From the NCBI GenBank assembly GCA_040223615.1, contig JAVKFY010000011.1, positions 125,169 through 189,168 of the forward strand: a DNA stretch of 64,000 nucleotides, read 5' to 3'. Below are positions 1 to 9,097 of this stretch, piece after piece. The position numbers and the translations under genes are program-made. Position 1 is the first letter of the stretch. Every line of letters starts with the position of its first letter. The stretch comes from Alphaproteobacteria bacterium. Lineage in GTDB: Bacteria; Pseudomonadota; Alphaproteobacteria; GCA-2731375. Under the pieces are notes generated by a model. The model made no database searches. It had not been told where the DNA came from and saw only the letters and a program-made list of their open reading frames with translations.

Positions 1-232
1 TTCGCTTGGTCGGATGCGCCCGGTCAGCTTCTCGGTCGACAAAATCGTTCAGCACGTAGATCGCGCTGGCCATGGCGGAAAAGCAGGCAACGGCGGCCAA
101 CGCCGCACCCACAGTGGCCAGGTTCACCGCTGAGGGCGTGAACGCCAGCGGCGCCAGCACGAAGCCGTTCTTCACCCACTGGTGCGGGCGAAGCAACCAC
201 AGCAGGGCGGCGAGGCTGGACGGCTGGGACAT
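1..232 (-). CDS. UbiA-family prenyltransferase, N-terminal fragment truncated by window edge (decaprenyl-phosphate phosphoribosyltransferase-like)
   Basis: Own minus-strand translation from ATG near 232: MSQPSSLAALLWLLRPHQWVKNGFVLAPLAF...YVLNDFVDREADRAHPTKR; RPHQWVKN and NDxxDxxxD motifs of the UbiA superfamily; absent from ORF track because it runs off the window. Confidence 0.5.
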   Translation of the reverse strand, partial: MSQPSSLAALLWLLRPHQWVKNGFVLAPLAFTPSAVNLATVGAALAAVACFSAMASAIYVLNDFVDREADRAHPTKR

Positions 233-311
233 CGGGCACGGTGTTATGAATCGTCCCGCGGTTCATAGACCACGCACCGTTAATCTTCCAACACTGCGGA
301 TCCGGTTCGGG

Positions 312-3300
312 CTACTCCGCCGGCTGCGCCTGTGGCGACTCGCGGCCGCGATCGGCGATGCGCTTGCGGCTGGCGACATAGGTGTAGACCGCCGGGATCA
401 CGTAGAGCGTGAATAGCGTGCCGACCAGGATGCCGCCGACGATCACCAGGCCGATATCCTGGCGGCTCATGGCGCCGGCGCCCGACGCGACCGCCAGCGG
501 CACGGCGCCGAAGACCATGGCGCCGGTGGTCATCAGGATCGGGCGCAACCGCAGCCCGGCCGCCTCAATCACCGCGTCGGTCAGACTGGCGCCGGCCTCG
601 TGGCGCTGATTGGCGAACTCGACAATCAGGATGCCGTGCTTGGTGATCAGGCCGATCAGGGTGACGATGCCGACCTTGGAATAGATGTTCAGCGTCGAGC
701 CGTCTAGCCACAGCGCGCCCAGCCCGCCGGCGATCGACAGCGGCACCGTCAGCATGATGATGAACGGCGAGCGAAAGCTCTCGAACTGCGCCGCCAGCAC
801 CAGGTAGATGAAGGCCAGCGACAGCACCAGGGTGAAGTAGATCGACTCGCTGGAGACCCGGAACTCGCGGCTCTCGCCGGTATAGTCGCGGGTGGTGCCG
901 GGCGGCAGCACCTCGTCGGCGGTCTTGGCCATGAACTCGAGCACCTCGCCCAGCGCGTAGCCTGGTGCCAGGTTGGCGGTGATGGTGGCGGCGCGAAGCT
1001 GGTTGAAGTGGTTCAGCTCGCGCGGCGCCACGGTCTCCGACACGGTCACCAGGTTGGCGAGCTGGATCAGCCGGCCGTCGCCGCCGCGCACGTAGAGCTT
1101 CGGCAGGTCGGACGGGCTGGTGCGGTACGGGTCGGCGACCTTGACCACCACGTCATATTGCTGGCCGTCGCGCTTGAACCGGGTGACCTGACGGCCGCCC
1201 AGCAGGGTTTCCAGGGTGCGGCCCAGCACTTCGGCCGGCACGCCCATGTCGGCGGCCCGCGCGCGGTCGACGTCGATCTTGAGCTGCGGCTTGTTCAGCA
1301 CCAGGTCGCTTTCCAGGTTCACCAGCGCAGGATTCTCCCGCAGCTTGTCCATGAAGGCGTTCGACATCTCCTGCAGCTTCTCGTACGGCTGCGTGGTCTG
1401 GATGACGAAGCCAACCGGCTTGTTGCGCACCGATTGCCCCAGCGGCGGCGGGTTGATCGGAAACGCCATGATGCCGGGGATGCCGAAGAAGCGCGGCGCG
1501 ATGGAAGCGCCGATTTCCTGCTGGGTTCGCTCGCGCTCGCCCCACGGCTTCAGGCCGGCGAAGGCGATGCCCTTGTTCACGACCGGGAAGCCGGAAACCA
1601 CGAAGTAACGCTCGATCTCCGGCACCGTCGCCAGGATCTCCTCGATCTGGCGCGCGTATATGTCGGTGAAGTCGATGGTCGAGCCTTCCGGGCCGAAGTA
1701 GAAGCCGACAATGGTGCCCTGGTCCTCGTAGGGCGCCAGCTCCTCCTTGAGCTGGGTGAAGAAGAAATAACCGCCGGCCGCGACACCGATGCCGACCAGC
1801 AGCACCAGCGGACGAACCTTCAGCGACCAGCGCAGGCTGCGGCGATAGCCGGCGGTGATGCCGTTCAGGAACCGCTCGGTGGCCCGGAAGATCAGGCCGT
1901 GCTTCTCGTTGCGCTTCAGGAACAGCGAACACATCATCGGCGACGCCGTCAGCGCCACGAAGCCGGAAACCAGCACCGCGCCGGCCAGGGTCAGCGCGAA
2001 TTCGGTAAACAGCTTGCCGGTGGTGCCGCCCTGGAACGCGACCGGCAGATACACCGCCGCCAGGGTCAGGGTCATGGCGACGACGGCGAAGGTGATCTCG
2101 CGGGCGCCGTCGATGGCGGCGCGGAACGGCGATTTGCCCTCCTCCACGTGCCGGTAGATGTTTTCCAGCATGACGATGGCGTCGTCGACCACCAGGCCGA
2201 TGGCCAGCACCATGGCCAGCAGGGTCAACGTGTTGATCGAAAAGCCGAACAGCTCCATCAGCGCGAAGGCGCCGATCAGCGAGATCGGGATGGTGACCAG
2301 CGGGATCAGGGTGGCGCGGATCGAGCGCAGGAAGGCGAAGATGATCAGCACCACCAGCCCGACCGCCTCCAGGATCGTCTGGTAGACGTTCTTGATCGAC
2401 TCGGCGATGAACTTGGAGCGGTCGTAGGCGACCTTGGCGACCATGCCCTGCGGCAGACCGTCGACGATCGCCGGGATCTTCTTGTAGACCGCGTCGGCCA
2501 CGTCGAGCGGGTTCGCCGTGGCTTGCTTGATCACGCCCAGCGCCACCGCGCTCTCGCCGTTGAAGCGCACGATGCGGCGCTCGTCGAGCGGGCCGAGCTC
2601 GGCATGGCCGACGTCGATCAGCCGCACCAGATAGCCTTGCGCGGTCTTCTTGATGACCATGTCGTTGAACTGCTGCGGCAGCTTCAGGTCGGTCTCCGAC
2701 AGCACCGTGAACTCGCGGTAGCGGCTCTCCACGAGACCGGCCGGGACCTCGACATTCTCGCGCCGCAGCGCCGCCTCGATGTCCTGCGGCGTCAGCCGGT
2801 AGGCGGCGAGACGGTCGGGATCGAGCCAGATCCGCATCGAATAGCGGCGCTCGCCGAAGATGCGGACCTGGGCGGCACCGGGGATGGTCTGCAGCTGGTC
2901 CTTCACGTAGCGGTCGGCGTAGTCAGTGATCTCCATCGACGAGTGCCGGTCGGACCAGAAGGCGATGTAGATGGTCGGCTGGGCGTCGGCCTCGACCTTC
3001 TCGATGATCGGCTCGTCGACCTCGTCGGGCAGGTTGCGCCGCGCCCGGCTGACCCGGTCACGCACGTCGGCGGCGGCCGAGGACGGGTCGCGATCGAGCG
3101 TGAAGGTGGCGGTGATCTGTGACTGGTCCTGGCGGCTGACCGAGGTGATGAAGTCGATGCCCTCGATGCCGGCCAGCACCTCTTCCAGCGCCTGGGTCAC
3201 CTGGCTCTCGATGATCTCCGCGCTGGCGCCGCGATAGACGGTGGTGACGGTGACCACCGGCGGGTCGATCTTCGGATACTCGCGCACCGTCAAGCGGGTA

Positions 3301-3386
3301 TATGAGACCAGCCCGACCAGGATCACGATCAGGCTCAGCACCGTGGCGAAGACCGGGCGGCGGATGCAGAGCTCGGAAATATTCAT
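312..3386 (-). CDS. RND multidrug/solvent efflux transporter permease (HAE1/AcrB family)
   Basis: 1024-aa ORF, 12-TM AcrB-like sequence (MNISELCIRRPVFATVLSLIVIL...); start overlaps stop of upstream MFP gene (ATGA). Confidence 0.93.
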   Translation of the reverse strand: MNISELCIRRPVFATVLSLIVILVGLVSYTRLTVREYPKIDPPVVTVTTVYRGASAEIIESQVTQALEEVLAGIEGIDFITSVSRQDQSQITATFTLDRDPSSAAADVRDRVSRARRNLPDEVDEPIIEKVEADAQPTIYIAFWSDRHSSMEITDYADRYVKDQLQTIPGAAQVRIFGERRYSMRIWLDPDRLAAYRLTPQDIEAALRRENVEVPAGLVESRYREFTVLSETDLKLPQQFNDMVIKKTAQGYLVRLIDVGHAELGPLDERRIVRFNGESAVALGVIKQATANPLDVADAVYKKIPAIVDGLPQGMVAKVAYDRSKFIAESIKNVYQTILEAVGLVVLIIFAFLRSIRATLIPLVTIPISLIGAFALMELFGFSINTLTLLAMVLAIGLVVDDAIVMLENIYRHVEEGKSPFRAAIDGAREITFAVVAMTLTLAAVYLPVAFQGGTTGKLFTEFALTLAGAVLVSGFVALTASPMMCSLFLKRNEKHGLIFRATERFLNGITAGYRRSLRWSLKVRPLVLLVGIGVAAGGYFFFTQLKEELAPYEDQGTIVGFYFGPEGSTIDFTDIYARQIEEILATVPEIERYFVVSGFPVVNKGIAFAGLKPWGERERTQQEIGASIAPRFFGIPGIMAFPINPPPLGQSVRNKPVGFVIQTTQPYEKLQEMSNAFMDKLRENPALVNLESDLVLNKPQLKIDVDRARAADMGVPAEVLGRTLETLLGGRQVTRFKRDGQQYDVVVKVADPYRTSPSDLPKLYVRGGDGRLIQLANLVTVSETVAPRELNHFNQLRAATITANLAPGYALGEVLEFMAKTADEVLPPGTTRDYTGESREFRVSSESIYFTLVLSLAFIYLVLAAQFESFRSPFIIMLTVPLSIAGGLGALWLDGSTLNIYSKVGIVTLIGLITKHGILIVEFANQRHEAGASLTDAVIEAAGLRLRPILMTTGAMVFGAVPLAVASGAGAMSRQDIGLVIVGGILVGTLFTLYVIPAVYTYVASRKRIADRGRESPQAQPAE

Positions 3387-4414
3387 CGCGCAGGCTCCAG
3401 CACCTTCACCGGCGAGCCTTCGCGGATCTTGAGCTGGCCGGCGGTGACCACCACGTCACCGGCCACCAGCCCGTCGACGATCTCGGCGCGGCCGTAGGCG
3501 CGCAGGCCGATGCGGATCTCGGTCTGCTTGGCGACGCCGTCGACGACCTTGAACACGAACAGCTTGTCGCCGCGCGGCACGATCGCCTGCTCGGGAATCA
3601 GCACCGCAGATTGCTGGCGTTCGACGATGATGTTGGTCCGCGCGAACAGGCCAGGCTTCAGCACGCCGTCCGGGTTCGGCACCGTCGCGCGCAGCGCCAG
3701 CGAGCGGCCCAGCGGGTCGACCCGCGGGCTGATCGCGGTCAGCGTGCCCTCGAACGCCTGCCCGGGCAGCGCGTCGACCTCCAGCTTCACCACCTGGCCG
3801 ACCGACAGGAACCGCAGGTAGCGTTCCGGCACCTCCAGGTCGATCTTCACCGGATCGATGTCGTCCAGCGTGACCAGGTCGGTGCCGGATTCGACATAGG
3901 CGCCGCGGTCGATGCGGACGATGCCGGCGGTACCGTCGAACGGCGCGGTGATGCGGGTCTTCTGCAGCCGCACCCTGGCGACCGTCGCCGTCGCCTGGTT
4001 GGTCTCAAGCTGCGAGAGCGCCTCGTCGCGGGTACGCGCGGTGCCGGCGCGACGCTGCAGCAGCTCATTGGCCCGGTCGAGGTTCGACTTGGCCAGCTTC
4101 AGGCCGACCTCGGCACGCTGCAGCTCGGCGTTGAACAGCGCGTCGTCGAGCGTGAACAGCAACTGGCCCTGCTTCACCGCCGCGCCGTCCTCGACGCCGA
4201 TCCGGATGACCACGCCGGCGATCTCCGGGCGCACGATGATCGATTTGTCGGCCAGCAGCGAACCGACCGCGTGCACGGTCTCCAGCAAGCTCTCAACCGC
4301 CACCGGCACGGCCTCGACCGGCGTCGGCGGACGACCTTGCGCCATGGCTGCCGACGGCGACGCGAACAAGAGCGCGACCGCCGCCGGGCGAATCCAGCGG
4401 TTCATCGACCTCAT
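3383..4414 (-). CDS. RND efflux periplasmic adaptor (membrane fusion protein, AcrA/MexA family)
   Basis: ORF 3383..4891 with true start at internal Met 160 (MRSMNRWIRPAAVALLFASPSAAMA signal peptide, then coiled-coil/beta-barrel MFP sequence); N-terminal 159 aa of track ORF is R/G-rich artefact. Confidence 0.85.
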   Translation of the reverse strand: MRSMNRWIRPAAVALLFASPSAAMAQGRPPTPVEAVPVAVESLLETVHAVGSLLADKSIIVRPEIAGVVIRIGVEDGAAVKQGQLLFTLDDALFNAELQRAEVGLKLAKSNLDRANELLQRRAGTARTRDEALSQLETNQATATVARVRLQKTRITAPFDGTAGIVRIDRGAYVESGTDLVTLDDIDPVKIDLEVPERYLRFLSVGQVVKLEVDALPGQAFEGTLTAISPRVDPLGRSLALRATVPNPDGVLKPGLFARTNIIVERQQSAVLIPEQAIVPRGDKLFVFKVVDGVAKQTEIRIGLRAYGRAEIVDGLVAGDVVVTAGQLKIREGSPVKVLEPAR

Positions 4415-4497
4415 AAACCTTTTACGTTCCTCGAAGAGACGTTCCGTCCCTGTTCGCGCCTCACGGTATGGGCCGACCCGGCGGTTGGCAAGCGCCC

Positions 4498-5850
4498 CTA
4501 ACCGGCCGCCGGCAACACCTTGGCATAGTGTGCCAGCGCCCGGTCGATGAAGGCGGCACCAGCGCCCTGGTAGGCCAGCGGATCGAAACAGGCCGCGAGC
4601 GCCTCGGGCGACAGCGCGGCGGCGACCTCGGGCACCTCGGCGAGGACGTCTTTCAGGTGCCGGTCCTCGGCTTGCGCGGCCCGGCACCCGGCTTCGACGA
4701 CCTTCTTGGCCTCGGGCCGCCCGAGGTGCGGCGCCAGCGCCATCATCGCCGCCTCGGCCAGCACCAGGCCCTGGGTCAGGTCGAGATTGCGGGCCATGCG
4801 GGCGGTGTCGACCTCCAGCGTCGCCAGCGCGGTGGCGACTCGCGCCACGGCGCCGGAAGTATGGATGAACAAAGCCGGCAGCGCGATCCACTCGGCATGC
4901 CAGGCGCCGGCGGCACGTTCGTGCTCCTGCTCCGCCGCGCCCTGCACCGCCGGGACCAGTGCGACGGCCTGGCGCGCGGCGGCCAGCGCGAAAAGGGCGT
5001 CCACCGGGTTGCGCTTGTGCGGCAGCGTCGAGGAGCCGCCCTTACCGGCCGCCGGCGCCTCGAACGCCTCCGCCACCTCGGTCTGCATCATCAGGGTCAG
5101 GTCGCGGGCGATCTTGGCCATCGAGCCGGCGAGGCTGCCGAGCTGGCCGGCGACGGCGCCGATCCGGTCGCGTTCGGCATGCCACGGCAGTACCGGCTCC
5201 GGCAGGTCCAGTTCGGCGGCCAGCGCCGCCATGATCTTCAGCCCGTCCTCGGCGCCAAGCGAAGCCAGCGTTCCCGCCGCGCCGCCGAACTGCAGCGCGA
5301 TGGCCTCGGCCCGCAGCGCCCGCAGCCGCTCGACCTGACGTACCGCGAGGTCGAGCCAGCGCGCCGCCTTCAGCCCGAAGGTGATCGGCAGCGCCTGCTG
5401 CAACAGCGTGCGGCCGACCATCGGCGTGTCGCGGTGGTCGCGGGCCAGGCGCGCCGCGGCGTCGGCCAGTGCGGCAAGCTGCGTTTCCAGCAGGTCGAAG
5501 GCGCCGCGCATCTGTAGCGCCAGGCCGGTGTCCATCACGTCCTGGCTGGTGCCGCCCCAATGCACGACCCGGGCCGCCTCGCCCTCCAGCTTGGACGTGA
5601 GGTGCTTCACGAGGGGGATGGCGGGATTGCCGGCGATGCTCATCTCGGCGTACAGCGCCGGCAGGTCGTAGAGTTCGGCCCGGCACTGCGCCTCGATGGC
5701 GTCCGCCGCGGCGGCCGGGATCACGCCAAGCCGGCCCTCGACGCGAGCCAACGCCGCCTCGAAATCCAGCATCGCCTGCACCCGCGCGACATCGTCGAAC
5801 AGCGCCGCCATCGCCGGCGCCCCGAACGCGGCATCGTGCAGCGCACTCAT
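4498..5850 (-). CDS. pcaB: 3-carboxy-cis,cis-muconate cycloisomerase
   Basis: Fumarase/adenylosuccinate-lyase class II fold with GSSTLPHKRNPV signature; follows pcaH-pcaG; start taken at MSALHD (Met10 of track ORF). Confidence 0.85.
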   Translation of the reverse strand: MSALHDAAFGAPAMAALFDDVARVQAMLDFEAALARVEGRLGVIPAAAADAIEAQCRAELYDLPALYAEMSIAGNPAIPLVKHLTSKLEGEAARVVHWGGTSQDVMDTGLALQMRGAFDLLETQLAALADAAARLARDHRDTPMVGRTLLQQALPITFGLKAARWLDLAVRQVERLRALRAEAIALQFGGAAGTLASLGAEDGLKIMAALAAELDLPEPVLPWHAERDRIGAVAGQLGSLAGSMAKIARDLTLMMQTEVAEAFEAPAAGKGGSSTLPHKRNPVDALFALAAARQAVALVPAVQGAAEQEHERAAGAWHAEWIALPALFIHTSGAVARVATALATLEVDTARMARNLDLTQGLVLAEAAMMALAPHLGRPEAKKVVEAGCRAAQAEDRHLKDVLAEVPEVAAALSPEALAACFDPLAYQGAGAAFIDRALAHYAKVLPAAG

Positions 5851-5909
5851 GGCCGTGCCCGACAGGACGCGGCCCACTTAAAGCTATGAGCGTGCTGTTG
5901 CGCGCTCAT
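5847..5909 (-). CDS. 20-codon upstream ORF (MSAQQHAHSFKWAASCRARP) inside repeated double-hairpin element; start overlaps pcaG stop (TGATG), stop overlaps pcaB start (ATGA)
   Basis: Read directly from minus strand; near-identical uORF present at 61103..61165. Confidence 0.3.
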   Translation of the reverse strand: MSAQQHAHSFKWAASCRARP

Positions 5910-6478
5910 CAGGCGTCGAAGAACACGGTCTCGTCGTCGCCCTGCAGCACGATGCGCAGGCGGTAGACCGGCGGCGTGCCGTCATCGCGCTGTGCGATCA
6001 GGGTGCCGCGACGCGCCTCGGGCACCGAGCCCAGAACCGGGTCGACCTTGTTGGCGCCGTTCTCGTCGGCGAAGTAGAGGCGGGTGTAGGCATGGTTCGG
6101 CATGCCGCGGGCGAAGACCGTCAGGTTCAGGTGCGGCGCCTGCAACACGTTGCCGCGCCCCGGCACCTGGCCCGGCTTGATGGTCTCGAACCAGAAGCAG
6201 CCCTCGGCGTCGGTCGGTGAGCGGCCCCAGCCCTTGAAACTGGCATCGACCGGCTTGTCCTGGGTGTCGTCGGGATGGTCGTAGCGGCCGGCGGCGTTGG
6301 CCTGCCACACCTCGATCAGCGCGTCCGGGACCACCGCGCCGGCGCCGTCGATCACCTGTCCCTCGACGCGGATGCGGGTGCCCTGCGCGCCAGCTTCGGC
6401 GATATGGTGCCGGTTCATCTGGTCGAAGCCGAGCCGCAGGTAGGGGCCGACGGTCTGCGACGGGGTCTGCATCGGCAT
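5909..6478 (-). CDS. pcaG: protocatechuate 3,4-dioxygenase alpha subunit
   Basis: 189 aa, intradiol dioxygenase alpha-chain sequence (GRYDHPDD, HLNLTVFARG); start 4 nt after pcaH stop. Confidence 0.9.
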   Translation of the reverse strand: MPMQTPSQTVGPYLRLGFDQMNRHHIAEAGAQGTRIRVEGQVIDGAGAVVPDALIEVWQANAAGRYDHPDDTQDKPVDASFKGWGRSPTDAEGCFWFETIKPGQVPGRGNVLQAPHLNLTVFARGMPNHAYTRLYFADENGANKVDPVLGSVPEARRGTLIAQRDDGTPPVYRLRIVLQGDDETVFFDA

Positions 6479-6481
6479 CGT

Positions 6482-7189
6482 CTAGTTCTCCATGGGTGTG
6501 GCGTCGCGGCCACGCAGCACGATGTCGAAGCGCCAGCCGAGCGCGAAATCGGGCCGCGTCAGCTCGTGGTCGTACCGCGCCACCAGCAGGTCGCGGCTGG
6601 CCGCCGGCACGCCGTTGAAGATCGGGTCGAGCGGCAGCAGCGGGTCGCCCTGGAAATACATCTGCGTCACCAGCCGGGTCAGGAAGCTCGGTCCGAACAG
6701 CGACAGGTGGATATGCGGCGGCCGCCAGGCGTTCTGGTGGTTCGGCCACGGATAGGCGCCAGGCCGGATCGAGACGTAGCTGTAGTTGCCCTGCTCATCG
6801 GTGACGCAGCGACCGGTGCCCTGGAAATTCGGATCGAGCGGCGCATCGTGCTGATCCCGCTCGTGGTTGTAGCGGCCGGCGGCATTGCACTGCCAGACCT
6901 CGACCAGGGTGTTCGGCACCGGCCGGCCGGCCTCGTCCAGGACCCGGCCGGAGACCACGATACGCTCGCCGACGGCTTCCGCCGTGGCGCCGGCCACATG
7001 GGTCAGATCGTCGTCGCCCGGCTGCATGTCGTCGTGCCCGAACAGCGGCCCGGTCAGCTCCGACAAGGTCTGCGGCAGCGGCAACAGCCGTTGCTTCGGC
7101 GCGCGCAGCCGCGTCGATTTGTACTCCGGCGTCAGGTAGGGCGGGTGCGCGGCCCAGTCGCGGGGGGTGTAGTCGGCGGGCTCGCTCAT
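6482..7189 (-). CDS. pcaH: protocatechuate 3,4-dioxygenase beta subunit
   Basis: Intradiol dioxygenase beta chain (GRYNHERD, PPHIHLSLFGPSF); start at MSEPADYTPRDW (Met59 of track ORF). Confidence 0.9.
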   Translation of the reverse strand: MSEPADYTPRDWAAHPPYLTPEYKSTRLRAPKQRLLPLPQTLSELTGPLFGHDDMQPGDDDLTHVAGATAEAVGERIVVSGRVLDEAGRPVPNTLVEVWQCNAAGRYNHERDQHDAPLDPNFQGTGRCVTDEQGNYSYVSIRPGAYPWPNHQNAWRPPHIHLSLFGPSFLTRLVTQMYFQGDPLLPLDPIFNGVPAASRDLLVARYDHELTRPDFALGWRFDIVLRGRDATPMEN

Positions 7190-7356
7190 GATCGGCGTCC
7201 TCGTGGCTATCTCTGGTGCCATTATCGACGGCATAGGCCGCAGATACAGGCCCCAACGCCAATATGTCGCACGAAACCCCGGAAAACAGGTGGAACCGGC
7301 CGACGGCCGCGCGCGTTTCTCCCGCTGACGCGAACCATCCCCAAGGAGGGAGCAAG

Positions 7357-7803
7357 ATGGCACAGCCAGCAGAAGAACTCCGGACCGACCCGTTCAGCGT
7401 TTACCCGACGCCCGCGGCGGTGCTTGCGGACGACACGTTGCCGACGTCCGGCAAACTCCAGGTATTGCGCGCGATGGAAGAGGATCTGGTCGCGCTGGAG
7501 CGGGCGGAGGGCGAGGCGATGGCGAGCCCCGATCCCGACGGCGGCGACGATCTCGGGGACCAGCTCGCCGCGGTGCGCGGCGCGATCATGGACCTCAGCC
7601 CGCGCAGCGAAGCGCACGGCGACAGCGAGCGCGAACGCAAGATCAGCGATGCGAAATCCGGCGCTCACCTGACGGTGGAGGAAGCGCGGCAGGGCGAGCC
7701 GCTATTCAAGACCACCGGGCGTCGCAACTCGTTCCTGATCTATATCGCCGCCGCGATCGCCGTCTTCGCCCTTATCGCGTTCTTCGCACGCCCCTGGGCG
7801 TGA
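7357..7803 (+). CDS. hypothetical acidic protein with C-terminal transmembrane anchor
   Basis: Start MAQPAEEL preceded by AAGGAGGGAG RBS; D/E-rich body, C-terminal SFLIYIAAAIAVFALIAFFA helix; divergent from pcaH. Confidence 0.4.
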   Translation: MAQPAEELRTDPFSVYPTPAAVLADDTLPTSGKLQVLRAMEEDLVALERAEGEAMASPDPDGGDDLGDQLAAVRGAIMDLSPRSEAHGDSERERKISDAKSGAHLTVEEARQGEPLFKTTGRRNSFLIYIAAAIAVFALIAFFARPWA

Positions 7804-7855
7804 TCGCGGAGCGGGGCGCCGGTGCCGATGCCCCGCTCCAGGTCCACTTAGACAG

Positions 7856-8959
7856 CTAGGCAGCGGCCGTCGCCGGCTCCGGCGTCAGATGCTTCACCTT
7901 GGCCAGGACCTCGGTCTGGATCAGGCCGAGCGAGGTCTTCCAGGCATCGGCCTTCTCGGTATAGTCGAAGCCGAAGACCAGAAGCTGGCCGAATCCGCCG
8001 ACCTCGTCGTAGACCTTCTCGATCTTCTCCGCCACGGTCGACGGCGAGCCGACGAGCCAGTTGTGCTTGGCGCAATAGGCCGCCGTCACGTCGCTGTCCG
8101 GCACGTCGGGATCGTGCTTCAGGAACTCCAGGAACCCGAAGGCGCTGAGCAGCGGCAGGAAGTATTCCGTCATCATCCGGCCCATCGGGCCGTCGACGGC
8201 GAGCTTCCAGGCCTCCTCGTCGGTGTCGGCGACGAACATCTCGCGCACCATGCGCCACTCCTTGCGGCTCGGGTTGCGGCCTGACTTGCGCGCACCCTCC
8301 TCGACCGACTCCCAGTGGCTGCCGACGTAGGCCGGATTCAGGTTCAGGCTCATCGGAATGTAGCCCTTCTCACCGGCCAGCTTCAGCGTGTCGGAGCCCT
8401 TCGACAGCCCGGCGACGCCGATCGGCGGGTGCGGCTGCTGGAACGGCTTGATGTGCGGATGCAGGAAGCCGAGCATCGGTTCCGGCTTGGTCACATTCCA
8501 GAACTGGCCCTTGTGATCGAAGGTTTCCTCCTCCGACCACATGCGCAGGATGATGTCGAGCGCCTCGCGGGTCATGTCTCGATTGACGCCGGACATGCCG
8601 TCGACGTTGAACATCGCCCAGTCCGACGGCAGGCCGCTGGCGGCGATGCCGAAATTCAGCCGGCCCTTGGAGATGTGGTCGAGCATGGCGACGCGATTGG
8701 CCAGTTCCGCCGGGTGGTGATAGGGCAGCAGGAAGCCGCCGGGGCCGAGGCGGATATTCTTGGTCTGGCGAAAGCCTTCGATGACCAGGAAGTCGGGAGA
8801 GGGATTCGGCTCCCACTTCGCGGTGTGATGCTCGCCGACCCAGCCTTCCGTGTAGCCGAACTCGTCAAGCCAGCGCAGGACCTGCAAGTCCCATTCGTAG
8901 CCGTCGCCGAGGCTGCGCTCCGGCGGGTGCGACGGCATCGTGAAAAAGCCGAATTCCAT
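7856..8959 (-). CDS. LLM-class (luciferase-like) flavin-dependent oxidoreductase
   Basis: 367-aa TIM-barrel monooxygenase-like sequence (MEFGFFTMPSHPPERSLGDGYEWDLQ...). Confidence 0.85.
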   Translation of the reverse strand: MEFGFFTMPSHPPERSLGDGYEWDLQVLRWLDEFGYTEGWVGEHHTAKWEPNPSPDFLVIEGFRQTKNIRLGPGGFLLPYHHPAELANRVAMLDHISKGRLNFGIAASGLPSDWAMFNVDGMSGVNRDMTREALDIILRMWSEEETFDHKGQFWNVTKPEPMLGFLHPHIKPFQQPHPPIGVAGLSKGSDTLKLAGEKGYIPMSLNLNPAYVGSHWESVEEGARKSGRNPSRKEWRMVREMFVADTDEEAWKLAVDGPMGRMMTEYFLPLLSAFGFLEFLKHDPDVPDSDVTAAYCAKHNWLVGSPSTVAEKIEKVYDEVGGFGQLLVFGFDYTEKADAWKTSLGLIQTEVLAKVKHLTPEPATAAA

Positions 8960-9097
8960 TGCTCTGTCTCCTCCCAGATCCGTTTCATCGCTGACCGTTG
9001 ATAATGAGGGTCGCGAGTCCGGTCGGCCGGGTCAATGCCCATGCCGTGACAAGCTGAGGTAGACTGCCGGCGTGGACCGGCGGCAGGAGAGTCGAAG

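Noticed and set aside
3383-4891. N-terminal extensions of several track ORFs (MFP, pcaB, pcaH, TPP enzyme, XDH subunit, argE, dctP, dctM, trpE-adjacent frames)
   Set aside because: Extensions are R/G/P-rich, lack RBS, and internal Met/GTG starts with good Shine-Dalgarno sequences and signal peptides or N-terminal motifs fit known family lengths.
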